The notes: a model not told the origin generated them from the sequence alone. A stretch of 64,000 nt of DNA from Owenia fusiformis (GCA_903813345.2 CAIIXF020000001.1:41230001-41294000), one strand, 5' to 3'. Positions 43,001-55,905 are shown, counted from the stretch's first letter. Numbers and translations: made by a program.

Positions 43001-43245
43001 AAGGTGAGACTTGATTGTTTAAACATTTGAAACAAGAGACACTTCGGGGTTTCAGATAAGGCAGCCTCAAAGACAGTATAAGTTAAACAAAGGTGTGTCA
43101 AAATTAAGCAAATTTCCATAAAGGTCAAACCCCATGTTTCACGAATGATTTCAAGGCAAAGATGTATTGATGAGAATGAAAACTACTCTATGTAACTAGA
43201 AATAACTTTCTTTTAAAAGACCACGGACGTTATCGCAACAGATTT

Positions 43246-44427
43246 CAGTCATATATTGGATTTTGGCTATTTTCTGAGGATTTGAACAGGTGCATATGTT
43301 AGGCCGATGTATTAACTCCAGGACAAGCAGTCATAGAGATTATAAAATAATTTGGACTTTAAGACAGGGAAGGTGCATGGTGCAAACACCCCATCAACAT
43401 GTTTTTTTCTGTAATGCTGTCCTGATTTCCAGCCCTTTCCACACCTGTCTTTCATTGTTTGTTGCATTGATCACTCTGTTGCGTTTTGAGACATGGTTAA
43501 CATCTTTAAATGAAAATATGATTCATGCAGGGGTTTTAAAGATATCAATTTTGGATGACCAAAATTAAGCTGAAAACAATGGATCACATGAGTTTTCCCT
43601 ATGGGAAAATAACATGGGAAATACATGTACTGTTTTCCACTTTATCCCAAATAAATCATATTTTAGAGGTTAACTGTGTCTCAAAGTGCAACATATTGGT
43701 GCATCAAACATTGAAAAAACATATGTGGAAAGGGCTGAAAATCAGGACAACATTTCAGAAAAACCTTCCCTGTCTCAAAGTCCAAATTATTTTATTACCT
43801 CTATGAGTGCTGGAGTTAATGCATTGGCCTAACACACTGGTGATCCACTCGATTACGCTGGTTACCAAAACGGTTCGTTTTGGTAACAAAATGTCGGAAC
43901 ATCCGGAAGGTACGATTTTCTCGTTTCCTTATTTTACACGTTGTAGGCAGAATTCCCACGACATTTTTTAACACAAACGTGTATCAGTACCATATGTTTA
44001 AGAAATTGTACATATTTGCGAACAAATAGTTCAGAAGACAACAGAATCGTCGATTTTCTTTCCTCACTTAAGTTACATAAACGGTTTGGGTTAAAAGTGC
44101 AGATCTTTACTGTTTTTCGAAAAACCGTTTATGTAACTTAAGTGAGGAAGTAAATAGACGATTCTGTTGTCCTCTGAGCTATTTTTTCGCAAACATGTAC
44201 ATTTTCTAAAACATATGATACTGATGTACGTTGTGAGAAAAAACGTCGTGGGGATTCTGCCTACAACGCGTGAAATAAGGAAAAAAGAAAAATCGTGCCT
44301 TCGACGGTCCGACATTTTGTTACCAAAACGGTTCGTTTTGGTAACCAGCGTAATCGAGTGGATCACCAGTGTAACATATGCACCTGTTCAAATCCCCAAT
44401 AAATAGCCAAAATCCAACATATGACAG
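43246..44427. mobile_element. Older foldback element interrupted by the 43835-44371 insertion
   Basis: The left arm (GTCATATATTGGATTTTGGCTATT...GATTTGAACAGGTGCATATGTTAGGCC) pairs with the right arm once the insert and one TAACA are removed. Inner arms are at 43390-43460 and 43690-43760. Confidence 0.7.
43835..44371. mobile_element. 537-bp palindromic MITE with CAC...GTG ends and a 5-bp TSD (Transib-like)
   Basis: CACTGGTGATCCACTCGATTACGC ... GCGTAATCGAGTGGATCACCAGTG, arms of about 250 bp. TSD TAACA at 43830-43834 and 44372-44376. Confidence 0.9.
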
Positions 44428-44634
44428 TTTGAAGACCAAATAAACACCTTTTGCTATATTATGCTATATTAGCATTGTGATGCTTGCATTAAAACATGCG
44501 CTGTATGAACACTTTACAACTTTTTGAACACTCAAATATTTTAATGATTTATCCCACATACCCCGAAACACGAGTAGCCATAGTGACCATATTTTTCATC
44601 AAAGTTAAGATGAGTCAATGACATTTGGCAGTCT

Positions 44635-45296
44635 CACGCCTGGTGATCTGATGAAATGAACAGAGGGGGAGTAGCTGATTTTCGGTAAATTCAACAAATG
44701 TTGAAGATTTATTTTTTCAAGAAAAAGTTAACAATTGAATGGCTAAAAAACGGAGGGGGGGAGTAATATGTCTTTAAAGTGGAAGAAATTTCCACAAATT
44801 CGTGTACTTGAAAAATGACCTCACTTACTCAGTAACTTGATGTTACAACTCTGAAAAGTGAAAAATGGGGACATATGGAGTTATTGGAAGTTTTCATTTG
44901 TCTTATAGACACATTACTCACTTTTTATTATATAACACGTATGGTAACGTGTTTTACAAAACCAATGATGACAATAGTTTTGTGATAATTACTTCACTTA
45001 CAAGTATTTATTACAGGTCGTGTAGACCCCTGTTGGTTGATTTATAGCAAAAACATTGGCATTTGCACGTTGGCGATGCTGCACTTTTTTAATAGATCTT
45101 TTATTTTAGATTTCCACAGTTCAAAGAAAATCCAAGAAGACCTAACATATTCCCCCGTCCACTGCGTCTATTCATTTAGCCATTCAATTGTAAACTTTCT
45201 CTTGAAAAAATAAATCTTCAAGATTTGTTGAATTTTCTACCGAAAATCAGCTAGATCTACTCCCCCTCCATTCATTTCTTCTGATCACTGGCCGTG
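44635..45296. mobile_element. Older CAC...GTG TIR element with a degenerate 5-bp TSD
   Basis: CACGCCTGGTGATC... / ...GATCACTGGCCGTG with inverted arms of about 110 bp. Flanks are AGTCT / ATTCT. Confidence 0.65.
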
Positions 45297-45966
45297 ATTC
45301 TTATTTGAGACTATATTTAACACCTCCTGTGAAAATTTGAATGAAAAGGGCACAAAACTCTTAGTTTGAGAGGGATTTTCTCTAAACTTACAGTATTGAT
45401 TGACCTGGAATGTGGAACCAATTAGAGAGACTACTTTTCCATGTTTTTCCAACACGGTTACAGTAAGAGAGTTGGCACAATGGGGATCTTTAGGGTACAA
45501 TTTCTTCATAATTACCCTTCTTTAATTCTAGATGCCATATACCATATATTTTCTATTATACCATATACCATATTTTTTACACCTCTTATACCATATACGA
45601 TAAATTTTGCCCCCTCTTATACAATATACAATAAATTTTCAGCCTCTTATACGATATACAATATCTCTATACACCCCCCCCCTCCAATTACAAGGAGGAT
45701 ATCCCTATGACATATATTGTATATATAAATGTACTCACACGAGGAATACAGATCACTGACCAATATCAATTTTGGGATGACACTGACAATATGGCACATT
45801 TTGAAAAGGAATGAATGTAATGATGGAACGACTTGGTGTAAAAATCAGTTGGGAAAGAGGTTTATGATAACAAGTTAGATCTCAAAAGAAAAGTGCATCT
45901 GTTGAAAAACTAAATAATTTCATGTAAATTATTTTATCTTTGTATAGTATTTTTAATGGATAAATG

Positions 45967-46011
45967 TTATCCCGTGCCAGGACTATAGTCTATAGTCCTG
46001 GCACGGGATAA
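45967..46011. repeat. 45-bp perfect palindrome flanked by an 8-bp direct repeat
   Basis: TTATCCCGTGCCAGGACTATAG-T-CTATAGTCCTGGCACGGGATAA, with GATAAATG on both sides. Confidence 0.9.
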
Positions 46012-46985
46012 GATAAATGTTGTATAAATTTTAAGAAATAGAGTTTCTCTGTATAAAGGGATGATTTAAAAGTATATCTGGTCAAAGTGTCTTTTACTGG
46101 GAAGTATTTTAGCCCAGATAAAGAATGTTATACCAGATACAAATACACATATCAAAGACTAAACATACACTTCTGGTAAAGAGGGGAGATGTCAACGCGG
46201 TAGCCTGATAGTCGCCCCAGGGTATTTTAACATAAAGGGACTTCCTAGGGGGGTACAGGGGCCTACCAGGAAGGTTCCTTTCAATTTCAAATGAGTTGTA
46301 AACCATAGATCTATTTTTAAATGTTAAGGTTTTAAATTATATTCTATTCAAGTTCTATCACTGTTAAATTATATATCTGCTTTATATGGGCTTATTAGCC
46401 TTTTGCAGATTATTGACATAGACATACAGACATAAAGTGTGCTGAAGGCGCAAAAACTTTAGTTTGCATCACTTATGGACTCAGAACTGCTCCGAGATAA
46501 AAATTCATCCAAGATGTGGTATATATATTGTTCCGGTTCATCCACTGATATGAAAATGCTCAATTTGATACAGACGTGATTAGTCTCACCTCAAATGTGT
46601 AAAAATATGCAATAATTTTTGGGATATTCCTTGCGAGCCCATTTCTCTCTTTATATGATTGCTATAACATGGATAATCATTTTTATACTCTCAATATTGA
46701 TCATTTAAAAGTGCAGTGCCCATTTCCAGTAGGCTGCCATCTTTTTCTCTTACTTACTTAGAAAGTGATGATGGCTCTCAACTAACTTGCCAAGAACAGT
46801 ATAGGAAAGTAGCACAAAATCACCTACCATTTGTGCAAAATCATTTTTGGGGCGTGTCAACTTGAAATAAAACAAGATATTATCTGAAGAATTAGTTATA
46901 GACATTACTGATTGAATTTGACATTTCAAAACATTTTCCCATGTTTCGTTAAATATGGATAGTATAATAATGGTAATAGCTACTA

Positions 46986-47582
46986 CAGGGTGGGCCAAAA
47001 AACACCACTTTTTTAATTTTTGATACAAAATCATAATTTGCATACCAAATAAAACTTCAGGTTTTTATCAAGCCAAGGATCATGAATTATACACTTTTAC
47101 TTGAATAAAATATGTCACCAGTGTCTCACTTCAACATGTGGTGTGCCATGAGGAATAAGCATAATTTGCAAAATGTTCCTGAACTGATACGGCCTGATGA
47201 TTGCCAAGTTTATACCCCTGATGCAAACCCCAGTGAGTATAGGGTATGGGAAGGTCTCCAGGAGATTGTATGAAGGCACCCAATCTAGAAAATTGCTCTA
47301 CTAAAGCTGGCAATTAAGACAGGTTGAAAAAAACTTTGCTAACATTTCATTGATACTGCTATATCAGCAAGGAGACTATAACTAAAATATATCATTAAAT
47401 AGGGTGGCGGACCAATTGAACTCCTCTTTTAGATCAAATATACTTCAAGTTGAAGGACTTGTTACATTATATTATAACTAAGAACTCCTGGCACTATATA
47501 ACTGCAAAATTTGGGGTATGTAGGTTGAAAAATAAAAAGTTGTGTCTTGAAAAAAAGGTGGCGTTTTATTTGGCCAACCCTG
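46986..47582 (+). mobile_element. Internally deleted Tc1/mariner-superfamily element with a transposase remnant
   Basis: TA|CAGGGTGGGCCAAA ... TTTGGCCAACCCTG|TA. A frame near 47185-47270 reads LIRPDDCQVYTPDANPSEYRVW, similar to the WPxxSPDLNPxDYxVW motif. Confidence 0.7.
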
Positions 47583-48063
47583 TATATCACAACAGAAATG
47601 GGCTTGCAAGGAACATTCCTTTAAAGACTGATTGGTACTTACATTTTTAATTTATCTGTGTGTGAATTTGACAGCAAAGGCCACACTTCATTTTTTACAA
47701 ATAATTTGGTATGTTCATTGAAACTACAAACCTTTACCATATGTCTTTTAGATTAAAAGTAGAATAAGAGATAGAAAGCAGGCTTTCTTAAATGTCGTTA
47801 AATTCAATATTCTCTTATGTATGACCTGTTTAAAAAATAAAGAAATTCAGTACTGTTATACACTGATAAGACATTTATTCATTTATTTCTGGTATAATAG
47901 CACTGTACATGTTATACATGAATTACAGTTAATCAAAGTTACCAAAATATATACAGGAACTAAATTACAACATAAAAATAAAATACCATTACCAGCTGAT
48001 AGATGCACAATATAATACATATTTTAATATAAACACAAGTTTGTCTTTTTCTTCATTCAATCA

Positions 48064-48225
48064 CTGTACTTCTACTTAATTTGGCGGCCGTTTTAATTGT
48101 AAAAAGTCCGCCAAATTAAGTGGCCACCAAATATATATTGCAAGTCCGCCAAATTAAGCAGCCACCAAATCTTCAAAGCAGCAAATCTGCCAAAATAAGT
48201 AACGCAAAATTAAGTTGAAGTACAG
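48064..48225. mobile_element. Short TIR MITE with CCGCCAAATTAA internal repeats
   Basis: CTGTACTTCTACTTAATTT ... AAATTAAGTTGAAGTACAG. Confidence 0.6.
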
Positions 48226-50218
48226 TATCAGATTTTCTCCGAGCTCCATAGTAAAAGGTCAAATGTGTTCCCCCAGCCTCATGGTAAAGATTCGTGGTCG
48301 TTATTTGTAATTTACCTTAATTTGGAACTTATGATGCTTGATTTTTAATGACCTAAATCCCTTACATAAACTGACTAAAGATGTGAAAATTCCCTCAAAA
48401 TGAGTTCATTGGTTTGAAAGTACTTTAGATTAATGGTATATGGATGGCCACATAACGGTCGACCTGAATACTGAAATACCAGCAAATCTAGTGCAAATCA
48501 GGAGTTTACATGCAAAATGTCACCACCTGCCATTTGTTGCAGACACCAAATGTCAAATGCCGATCACCAAACACCATCCACAAAATCCCATAATTTGTAA
48601 TCACGGTAATGGATATTGCCTAGAATCTGAACATGTTAATGACGTGTGCAGATATGTTCATGTTATGCAGTTACATAAATTACCAATATGTTGACATATT
48701 TATATAACATGTCTATTAGCCTATAGAACAAAATGGATAAAAAGTCAATCTGATTATAACTTCTTTCATATACTGTGGAGTTTATAGATGCCAGACACCC
48801 AATGCCAAATAGTAAAGGCCATAAAAGGTAGGCCTATAATACAAGAAATTAATCAAATCAAAGAGAAAACTTGATTACACATTGATAACATTGCTACAGT
48901 ATTAAAGAAACTTATTATTGCACAACTGTTTTTGATGGAAATTGCACATTTCAAGAGGTCTTTGATTTAAAAGTCCTTATAAAATCAAAACCAAAGAATC
49001 AATGAAAAGGAATATTGTGTGTTACACTATGTACATTATACTACTGTACATGTTATCTAAGAATTATGCTATTTATGTAACTGAATACATCAGTGATTTC
49101 CCAAGGATTTTATCAAAGGGGCGCTAAATCTTAATACCAGTATTTTGGTCAAAATATCTTGATTTCACATTGTTAGCAAGCTGGAAAAGGATTTTCAAAA
49201 ATGTGGCATGTACTGCAATTTTCAGATTTTCAAAATGGTGAAGCACCTAGTTATTAATATAGTACTGAGGAGATTACTTGTATGTACAATATACATTATG
49301 GTTCCTGCCCTGTGACCCAATGAACCAGACCCATAGATGCAACACCATGACAAGTTATAACAAGAATCATCATATCAATATACTGTTTTGACATTTACAG
49401 AGCCATTATACTTCTTATGCTATCAACAATTTGTTGAAAATAGTAAAATTGCCCAAGAATGCATACTTTTTCCAAAATCATCCTTTTAATAAAAGCTAGG
49501 AACGTAAGTTAGAAACTTCAGGCAAAGATAAGAATTGCAGCGTATTTCGGAACTTGCCTTCAGAACTCAGAAATGGGATCTAATTGGCTTACTCAAATAA
49601 TAAAATTCACATTGTTTCTTATAAAATTTGAACCAAATCAGTTGGTATATAAATTGCCAAAGGTTTCATTTTTTATGCACCTGCAAGTGAAATTGGAACT
49701 CAATCTGTTCACTAGTATTCGATTTATCAAGTTAACTTTTTTTATGAAAGATGGTGGCCATTTTGAATTGAGCAGCCATATTGAAATTTTTTTCGACTTT
49801 TCCCATAATAACCAAAAGATTTTAACCAGAATTTGAGTTATCATCGCCTGGACAAATGAATGAACAGGCAGCTTCTCTATATCCCTAGCGAACTTCATTT
49901 GGTGGGATCATAATAAATTATCAATATTCTGATCTTCAGATGCCCATATAGCCTTGCCCAAGTCGGTCTCTTTTACATATCTTGATTTCTATTATGACCG
50001 GCAGTAATAATTCAAGATCAGATAAGTAAAAAATACTGACTTGGGCAAGGCATATAAATACTACAAATACTAAAATTGAACAATTGGTTGAAAATCATAA
50101 CATTTTCCAGATATACAGGAATATTTGGTCAACCAAATCTTTAGCTAATCTTAATCCATAAAAATACCCGCAAGTACCTCTAGGCACCTTAAATGTTTTG
50201 AAATATTCCATATTCATT

Positions 50219-53200
50219 TCAAATGGTGGAATTATGCAATTCATGAGAATAAGAGGTCAAGTTTACAGGTTTTGCTTGTTCCATATTGGGGAGTAAAGAG
50301 TCCACATAACTTCCTCTCTGGTTCTCCACTTTTGGGTTTAACTTCAATCTGGCATTATGATCAAAGTTCATTGACGTGTCCTGCATTTCAAAACTCTGTC
50401 CAAGTTTAATTGAGGGGCTTGTGAGGGCATCTTTCTTCATCATTCCAACCGTACTGACTTTATGGACATTCTTGATGTGTTTTGTGAGGTTTTCACGAAA
50501 TGTTGTGGAATAGTCACAAATTGGGCAAGGATGTTTTGTCCCATCATGAATCTGCATATGTCTGTCCAAGTAAAGTTTTAGGTGTGACACGTAGGGGCAT
50601 TGTGGGCAGGGAAATGTACCTCTGTTCTTGTGGTAGCGTTTGATATGGTAGTTCAAGTCCGCTGAAACATTAAATGAAGCCAGATTAAAAGCAAAAATTG
50701 CTTATGTTGTTAGTAACTCATATTTAGGGGTCATTTCAAAGTAATCTTGCACACATTGATTTTTAAATAAAGTACTGTACAAGTGTGAAACATATCAGAC
50801 AGTGCCCTAAGGGCTCTAAAGCAAAAAGAATGTCACTTTAGTTTTAGGCCTGAGAACTTTTCACATCGAGAGGTTTGGACACAAGGGGAGTTAATAAAAA
50901 ACATAACTGAAATTACTGTTCACATTGGGATGTGCTCTTTGTACATAAGCAAGACTGGTATGGTCTCTGGTCAACCCCCACCTGATACTGTTTGATATGG
51001 GGGTAATAAATGTAGTGGTAACAAAATAATACATGCTCCCTGACGTCATTATGAAACTAATATAAGTCATGCTCTTGAGTCGCCATGCTTTATGTTTAAC
51101 AATTGTGCAATAAAGGGACAAGACTATATTCTTACTAACCTGTTGTTTTATAGAACTTCTGACATTCAGGGCACTGATACGTCCTTTCATTAGAATTGTG
51201 GTGTCTCAGAATATGAATCTGCAGCTTACTCTTGCTGTACGTCTTGTAATTATCACAGTGTTGACAACTCAACGCCTCTCTTTTTGACGTCACTGTGTTG
51301 TGGGAATGAAGCATATGCTGGTCGAGGGACGCGCGTGATTTCACAGTATGGGCACAGATAGTGCACATGTGGACGTCATCATCCATTCCCATGTGTTTGC
51401 GTTGAATATGTTGGGTTAATGTTATTTTGTGTTTATACAGCTCACCACAGTCTGGGCACTGGTGGGGTTTTATGTCCCCTAATGTGTGTTTATTTTTTAT
51501 GTGAGCGTTCATATTTGCTTTAAGAACACTGTTGCCACATATCTCGCATACAGATCGTGGTCTGAATTGTTTGGTTTTACACAGTCTCTTATGAAGCTTA
51601 AGATTTCTGAATAAGTTTGTTTGATATTCGCATTGGTCGCACTTAAACATTGGGATGTATTCTGGTTGTTCTAGATTGTGCGCCTTCGTCATGTGAATGG
51701 CCATTCTTATGAGGCGAATATTCAGAATCCTTGGGTTCTTCAGCACTTTCTTGTCCTTCACCTGATTCTGAACTTGACTGAAATCACAATATGGACACTT
51801 CATCTCCCTTTTACCAGTCAATAAATCTACAGTTTTTGTGTGATCTGCCCGAACATGATTATGAAACTGTTTTTGGTCATCAAAGTTTTGTTCTTTTGTG
51901 GGTTCACAGAGAAAGCACTTGTAGCTTTTAACATTTCTTAGTCCATGCAGGTTGTTAAGATGGATCAGTTGGTTGTGTTTTTGAAGGTCGCGAAGTGTAA
52001 AAGGAATGTATGGACACTCTGGGCAGTTTTCCAAGAAAACATCATCAGGAACAGCTAATTTGTGTTCATCACGCATGTGCTTTATCAGCATCAGATAAGC
52101 AGCGAAATAAGGCATCTTTGACTCCTGGTGGGACGTGCATTGAGAGATAAATGAGCAATCAAAACAGTTTAGCCTTTCCTCATCAACAGCATGCTCTACT
52201 TTTATATGGACTGACAATGCACCAATTGTTGAAAATCTACATTCTGTTTCTCTGCATAACATACACATAAACTTCTTATCTAAAGGGTATTCAACACTGA
52301 AAGACACATCCGTATTATTATCCACAGTTTCATCAAGATCTTCTTCGTCATCCTCTTGATTGGACAAATCCTCATCTTTCAATTTTATTTTGATGGGGGT
52401 TTGCTTTTTGGATTTCCTTTTACGTTTTGTACTTGTAACCTCATTGTCTGATGTTTCTTTTTTCTTGATCAATGTCCTTTTCTTTCTGGGTTTCTTTGGA
52501 GAGATGGTGATTTTCAAAGGTTCTGTTGTTAGACTCATGTGGTTAGCATTAACTATTTCAGCTTGATCAGTACTAGTGTCATCAATTGATTGATGGATGT
52601 GATCTTCGGCAAGTTTTTCCTGTTGAGACTTTGACAGATCGTCAGCTGTCATTGAGCAAAATGATTTTAAAATTTCCAAATTTTCATTAGGGGTTGTCTG
52701 TATGTTACCATACTCATCCATAGAGTCATTGGTTATCTGTTCTTTCTTGACATGTGAGAGGAGATAATCTTCATTGCTCTGGTCCAGAGTGTTGTGTAAT
52801 ACTTCAAGCAGATTGATCCCAAGCTTCTCCACTCTGAAAATGTTACAAAAGTGTTTAATTTATTTTTAATGAAAACATACGTGGGGTGATCAATAAGTAA
52901 TGGATGCTTTTTCACACAGATGCTTTTTATAGACCAATCCCTTCGATTTTCTTACCAGTGATACATCATTCAATTATAAAATGTTTTCGTAAGTCTGTAA
53001 GCAGAAGGAATTTATCTGGATATTAAGTGAAATTATATGAAAAGTCAAAGTCACTGTTTTCAATAGCTTTTACTCAAAGCATTGTTGGACTTCAAACAGA
53101 AGTGAGAGTTACCCACTTGCATGGAGTACATTATTTTCTTTGGTATAACGAAAAATTCTCATGAAAAAAATAAAACTGTTAGATTTTCTTAGTATTTTTA

Positions 53201-53471
53201 CAAAATAATATTGCACCTGAGAAACTGAATACACTTTTGGATACCTTTGAAATTGGCTTCAACAACTGAAAGTTTAAGTTGCATTCCATAACTAAAAACC
53301 AAACTTGGCTTCAACAATCAAAATTTACCATGTTTTATTAATTAAAATTGTTACAAACCTGCCATTGGATATGTTGAGGATGAGAGCTTGAAGTAGAGTC
53401 TCAATGATTTCAACCACCCCAATATAATGAACAGGCAGTACGGTTCCCATCATCCCTTGAAGCTCCAATGC
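50219..53471 (-). CDS. Multi-C2H2 zinc finger protein (about 13 fingers); first coding exon uncertain (candidate 54599-~54435)
   Basis: Exons 53471-53359, 52833-51140 and 50661-50219 are phase-compatible. One finger (YQCPECQKFYKTTADLNYHIKRYH) is rebuilt across the last intron. A basic NLS-like segment (PKKPRKKR, TKRKRKSKK) and an acidic segment precede the fingers. Confidence 0.88.
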
Positions 53472-54599
53472 CTACAACATAAGGAAATGTAGAGACATAA
53501 CACATAGTATACTAACAGTATACATTGTATCCAAAACGCCCAGTTGGGTCTCTACACCTTATCTAGATACTGACTGGACTGTGGGGCGTTTTGGAAGACA
53601 ACAGGGCGTTTTAGTCAATTTCGAACAGTTGCGTAGGATTTTTCAAAATTGCTGCGTTTCATGTAATAAATATGTTGATGCAGCGATGGAGGGTTGTAAT
53701 AGGAGTCCTTGCGCAGAACATGGGGGAGAGTGATCGAAGAACTGGCGAGATATCAAGAATTATGGTTGAAATCTCTGAGGATTTGCAACTTCATCACATC
53801 TGGGGACCAAAACGCCACTAAAACGAGGGACTTTGTAAACAAAAGCAATGTCTCGACTGAAAGGTATTTCTGTGAAGGTTTTAATGGAATAAGTTTGAGG
53901 AAAAAAACGGTGTAGTGTGAGACTCACAATCATTGATTTTCCAAAGACAGGGTAGATTTGAAATCCAAATTAACGGTTTTGCGGTGCGTTTTGGTTTCGA
54001 TACGCCCCGGTGAGTTAGGACCATGTGATGGCAGTAAGTTTCAAAAGCAACATTGACTCAAGTCCAAGAAAAGAACAATATTTTTTCGAGGTCTCCTCTG
54101 CCGAAGGCAGCGCAAAGTACGAGTGTAGGGACTACTTTGCGGGAGACCTTGAACAATTGATCACGTTTGCTGCTTTAATAATTCACTTCTTCACCTCCTT
54201 CCACCTTGATTTAAACCATGCGATCAAATTTTGGTTTTTAAGGTCAGGGTGCACTTTGATGAAATTTCATGACCATGTACTATTTTCAGATAAACATGAC
54301 TCACTCCACACATCATTCTTGCACAAAAGATATATTAGTGTACCTAGACTATTAATTGAGGGTTGATAATTCTTCAGAATGTTTGACTATCAGTGATTTA
54401 CTTTTCAAAATTGCAAAAAAATTCTAATATGCACCCTGGCCATGAACTCGGAGACACGGGCGGAAGTCCTGGGAAAAGTTCTCTTTTCTTTGTACAGGAT
54501 GGACTCCCTGGAATTGGTTTGCCCGAGATAGGAACGTCTTGCCTGTAAAGCACCGCGTCTCTTGCCGTGTCCGGGCTCAAATGCAAACACTATAATCAT

Positions 54600-55905
54600 T
54601 TTTTAGAAAAAATACTGACTCATTACTATATTTTCAAAAGTCCTCAATATAACTTGAAATGAAGCTAATATTAGCAAAAATTATGTAATGTCTCAAAATG
54701 GCATGCTATACACATTCCAAGTCATCTATGACGTCATGGGCTTTCAACTAATTGAAAGCCCATGATGACGTCAAACATATATTCCCCCTGCAAAAACCAA
54801 ATTATCTAGACCTCACTGACTGGTTTAACGTTTCTTCGATCATATGTGACGTCTTAGGCATGATACCAACAATAAAACAAACAAGTATATGGTTTCGTTC
54901 AGTGCAATTGCTCTTTGGATGAACAGGAATCGGTTATCATAAAGGTGTCTCATAAAACAGTGATTGGTATAACCAACCGATGGTACCAAGGCCTGGGCTA
55001 GGCGACTTTTTGACTGGAGATCTCGACTACGAGGAGTTTGCTGCATTTTCTTGTTCTGAAATTAGCTTCATGCCTTGACCTCTTGATCCGTGGAATGGAA
55101 TGGCAATGGCCATGATAAGATTTCGAAATATCTGAATAAAACTTCAACACATTTATTGTTGCATATATTACTTTTAAAGCATAAGGTTTTACCTTTAATT
55201 TGAAGTCGTCCATCATGCAGTTAGATTCTCAACTTACAGTTAAAATGTAAAAGAACCTGGTGCCGAAAAAACAAAATTTTAGAACCGGAAATCAAGCTAC
55301 ACTATAAAAGCAAACGCAACAAAAACATAGATGCCACAAGTTCGCAAAACATAATCATTAAAAGCAAGCTTAGAGACATTTAGACTTGAACAGTAATATT
55401 TTTGACATGTCTAAGTTTTGTATCAGTGATATAATCAAATTCCATTCATTATTCATGCCTTGCGATCATCTTAAAACTATCTCATTGAATCCCCGGGATA
55501 ACTTTGTTCAAACTTATTCTCTTGTGTTTCGTTCAGAGCGAGGAGTACAAGATAAAATTGATAAAACTTTTACAAGTGACTGTTTCTTCATAAAAACATG
55601 GTAACTGACGTTTTCATCCAAGATTACGTTGATAGAACAATTATCAGTCTACTGCTCAACTTCTCTTACTCTGTCGTAACATGCATTTTATGATCATCAA
55701 TTCACAGCAATGATTTCAAATTCGGCCTACTGTTTGTTTCACTGTACAAAATCTCAGAATTCTCTTCCTTGTTATATTGCCATTTTCGTTCTTTTTCCCT
55801 ACAGTAAGAATCCTAGCTTTTACATCAGACTGGTGAAATAAGTATTATCCATTTTATCTTTTCAGAAACTGGCTGGGTAAAAATAGTTCCGTTGCATGAA
55901 CAGAC
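54600..55905. promoter_or_regulatory. Divergent (head-to-head) promoter region between the zinc-finger gene and the DENND3-like gene
   Basis: The two genes point away from each other across about 1.3-2.4 kb. The region is CpG-richer and has two TGACGTCA sites (54729, 54766). Confidence 0.5.

Larger units (their letters stand above)
42087..45684. mobile_element. Composite TIR element with poly-G/poly-C ends (Sola2-like) that contains nested insertions
   Basis: GGGGGGGGTGTATAGAG ... CTCTATACACCCCCCCCC(TC), with a flanking direct repeat CAAT (or TCCAAT). Subterminal ATACCATATACAAT-type repeats occur at both ends. Confidence 0.65.

Noticed and set aside
29500..50100. The many 60-100 aa ORFs in the intergenic/intronic AT-rich region
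   Set aside because: They have low-complexity F/I/L/K-rich composition, no domains and no consistent exon chains; many overlap MITEs. No tRNA or rRNA was recognised either.
53525..54012. Fourth CAC/GTG-type element with GGGGCGTTTTGG repeats
   Set aside because: The left end is too degenerate and no TSD could be identified.
54398..54599. Definite first coding exon of the zinc-finger gene
   Set aside because: The frame is compatible only through a weak GTGCAT donor, so it is left as a candidate and not called.
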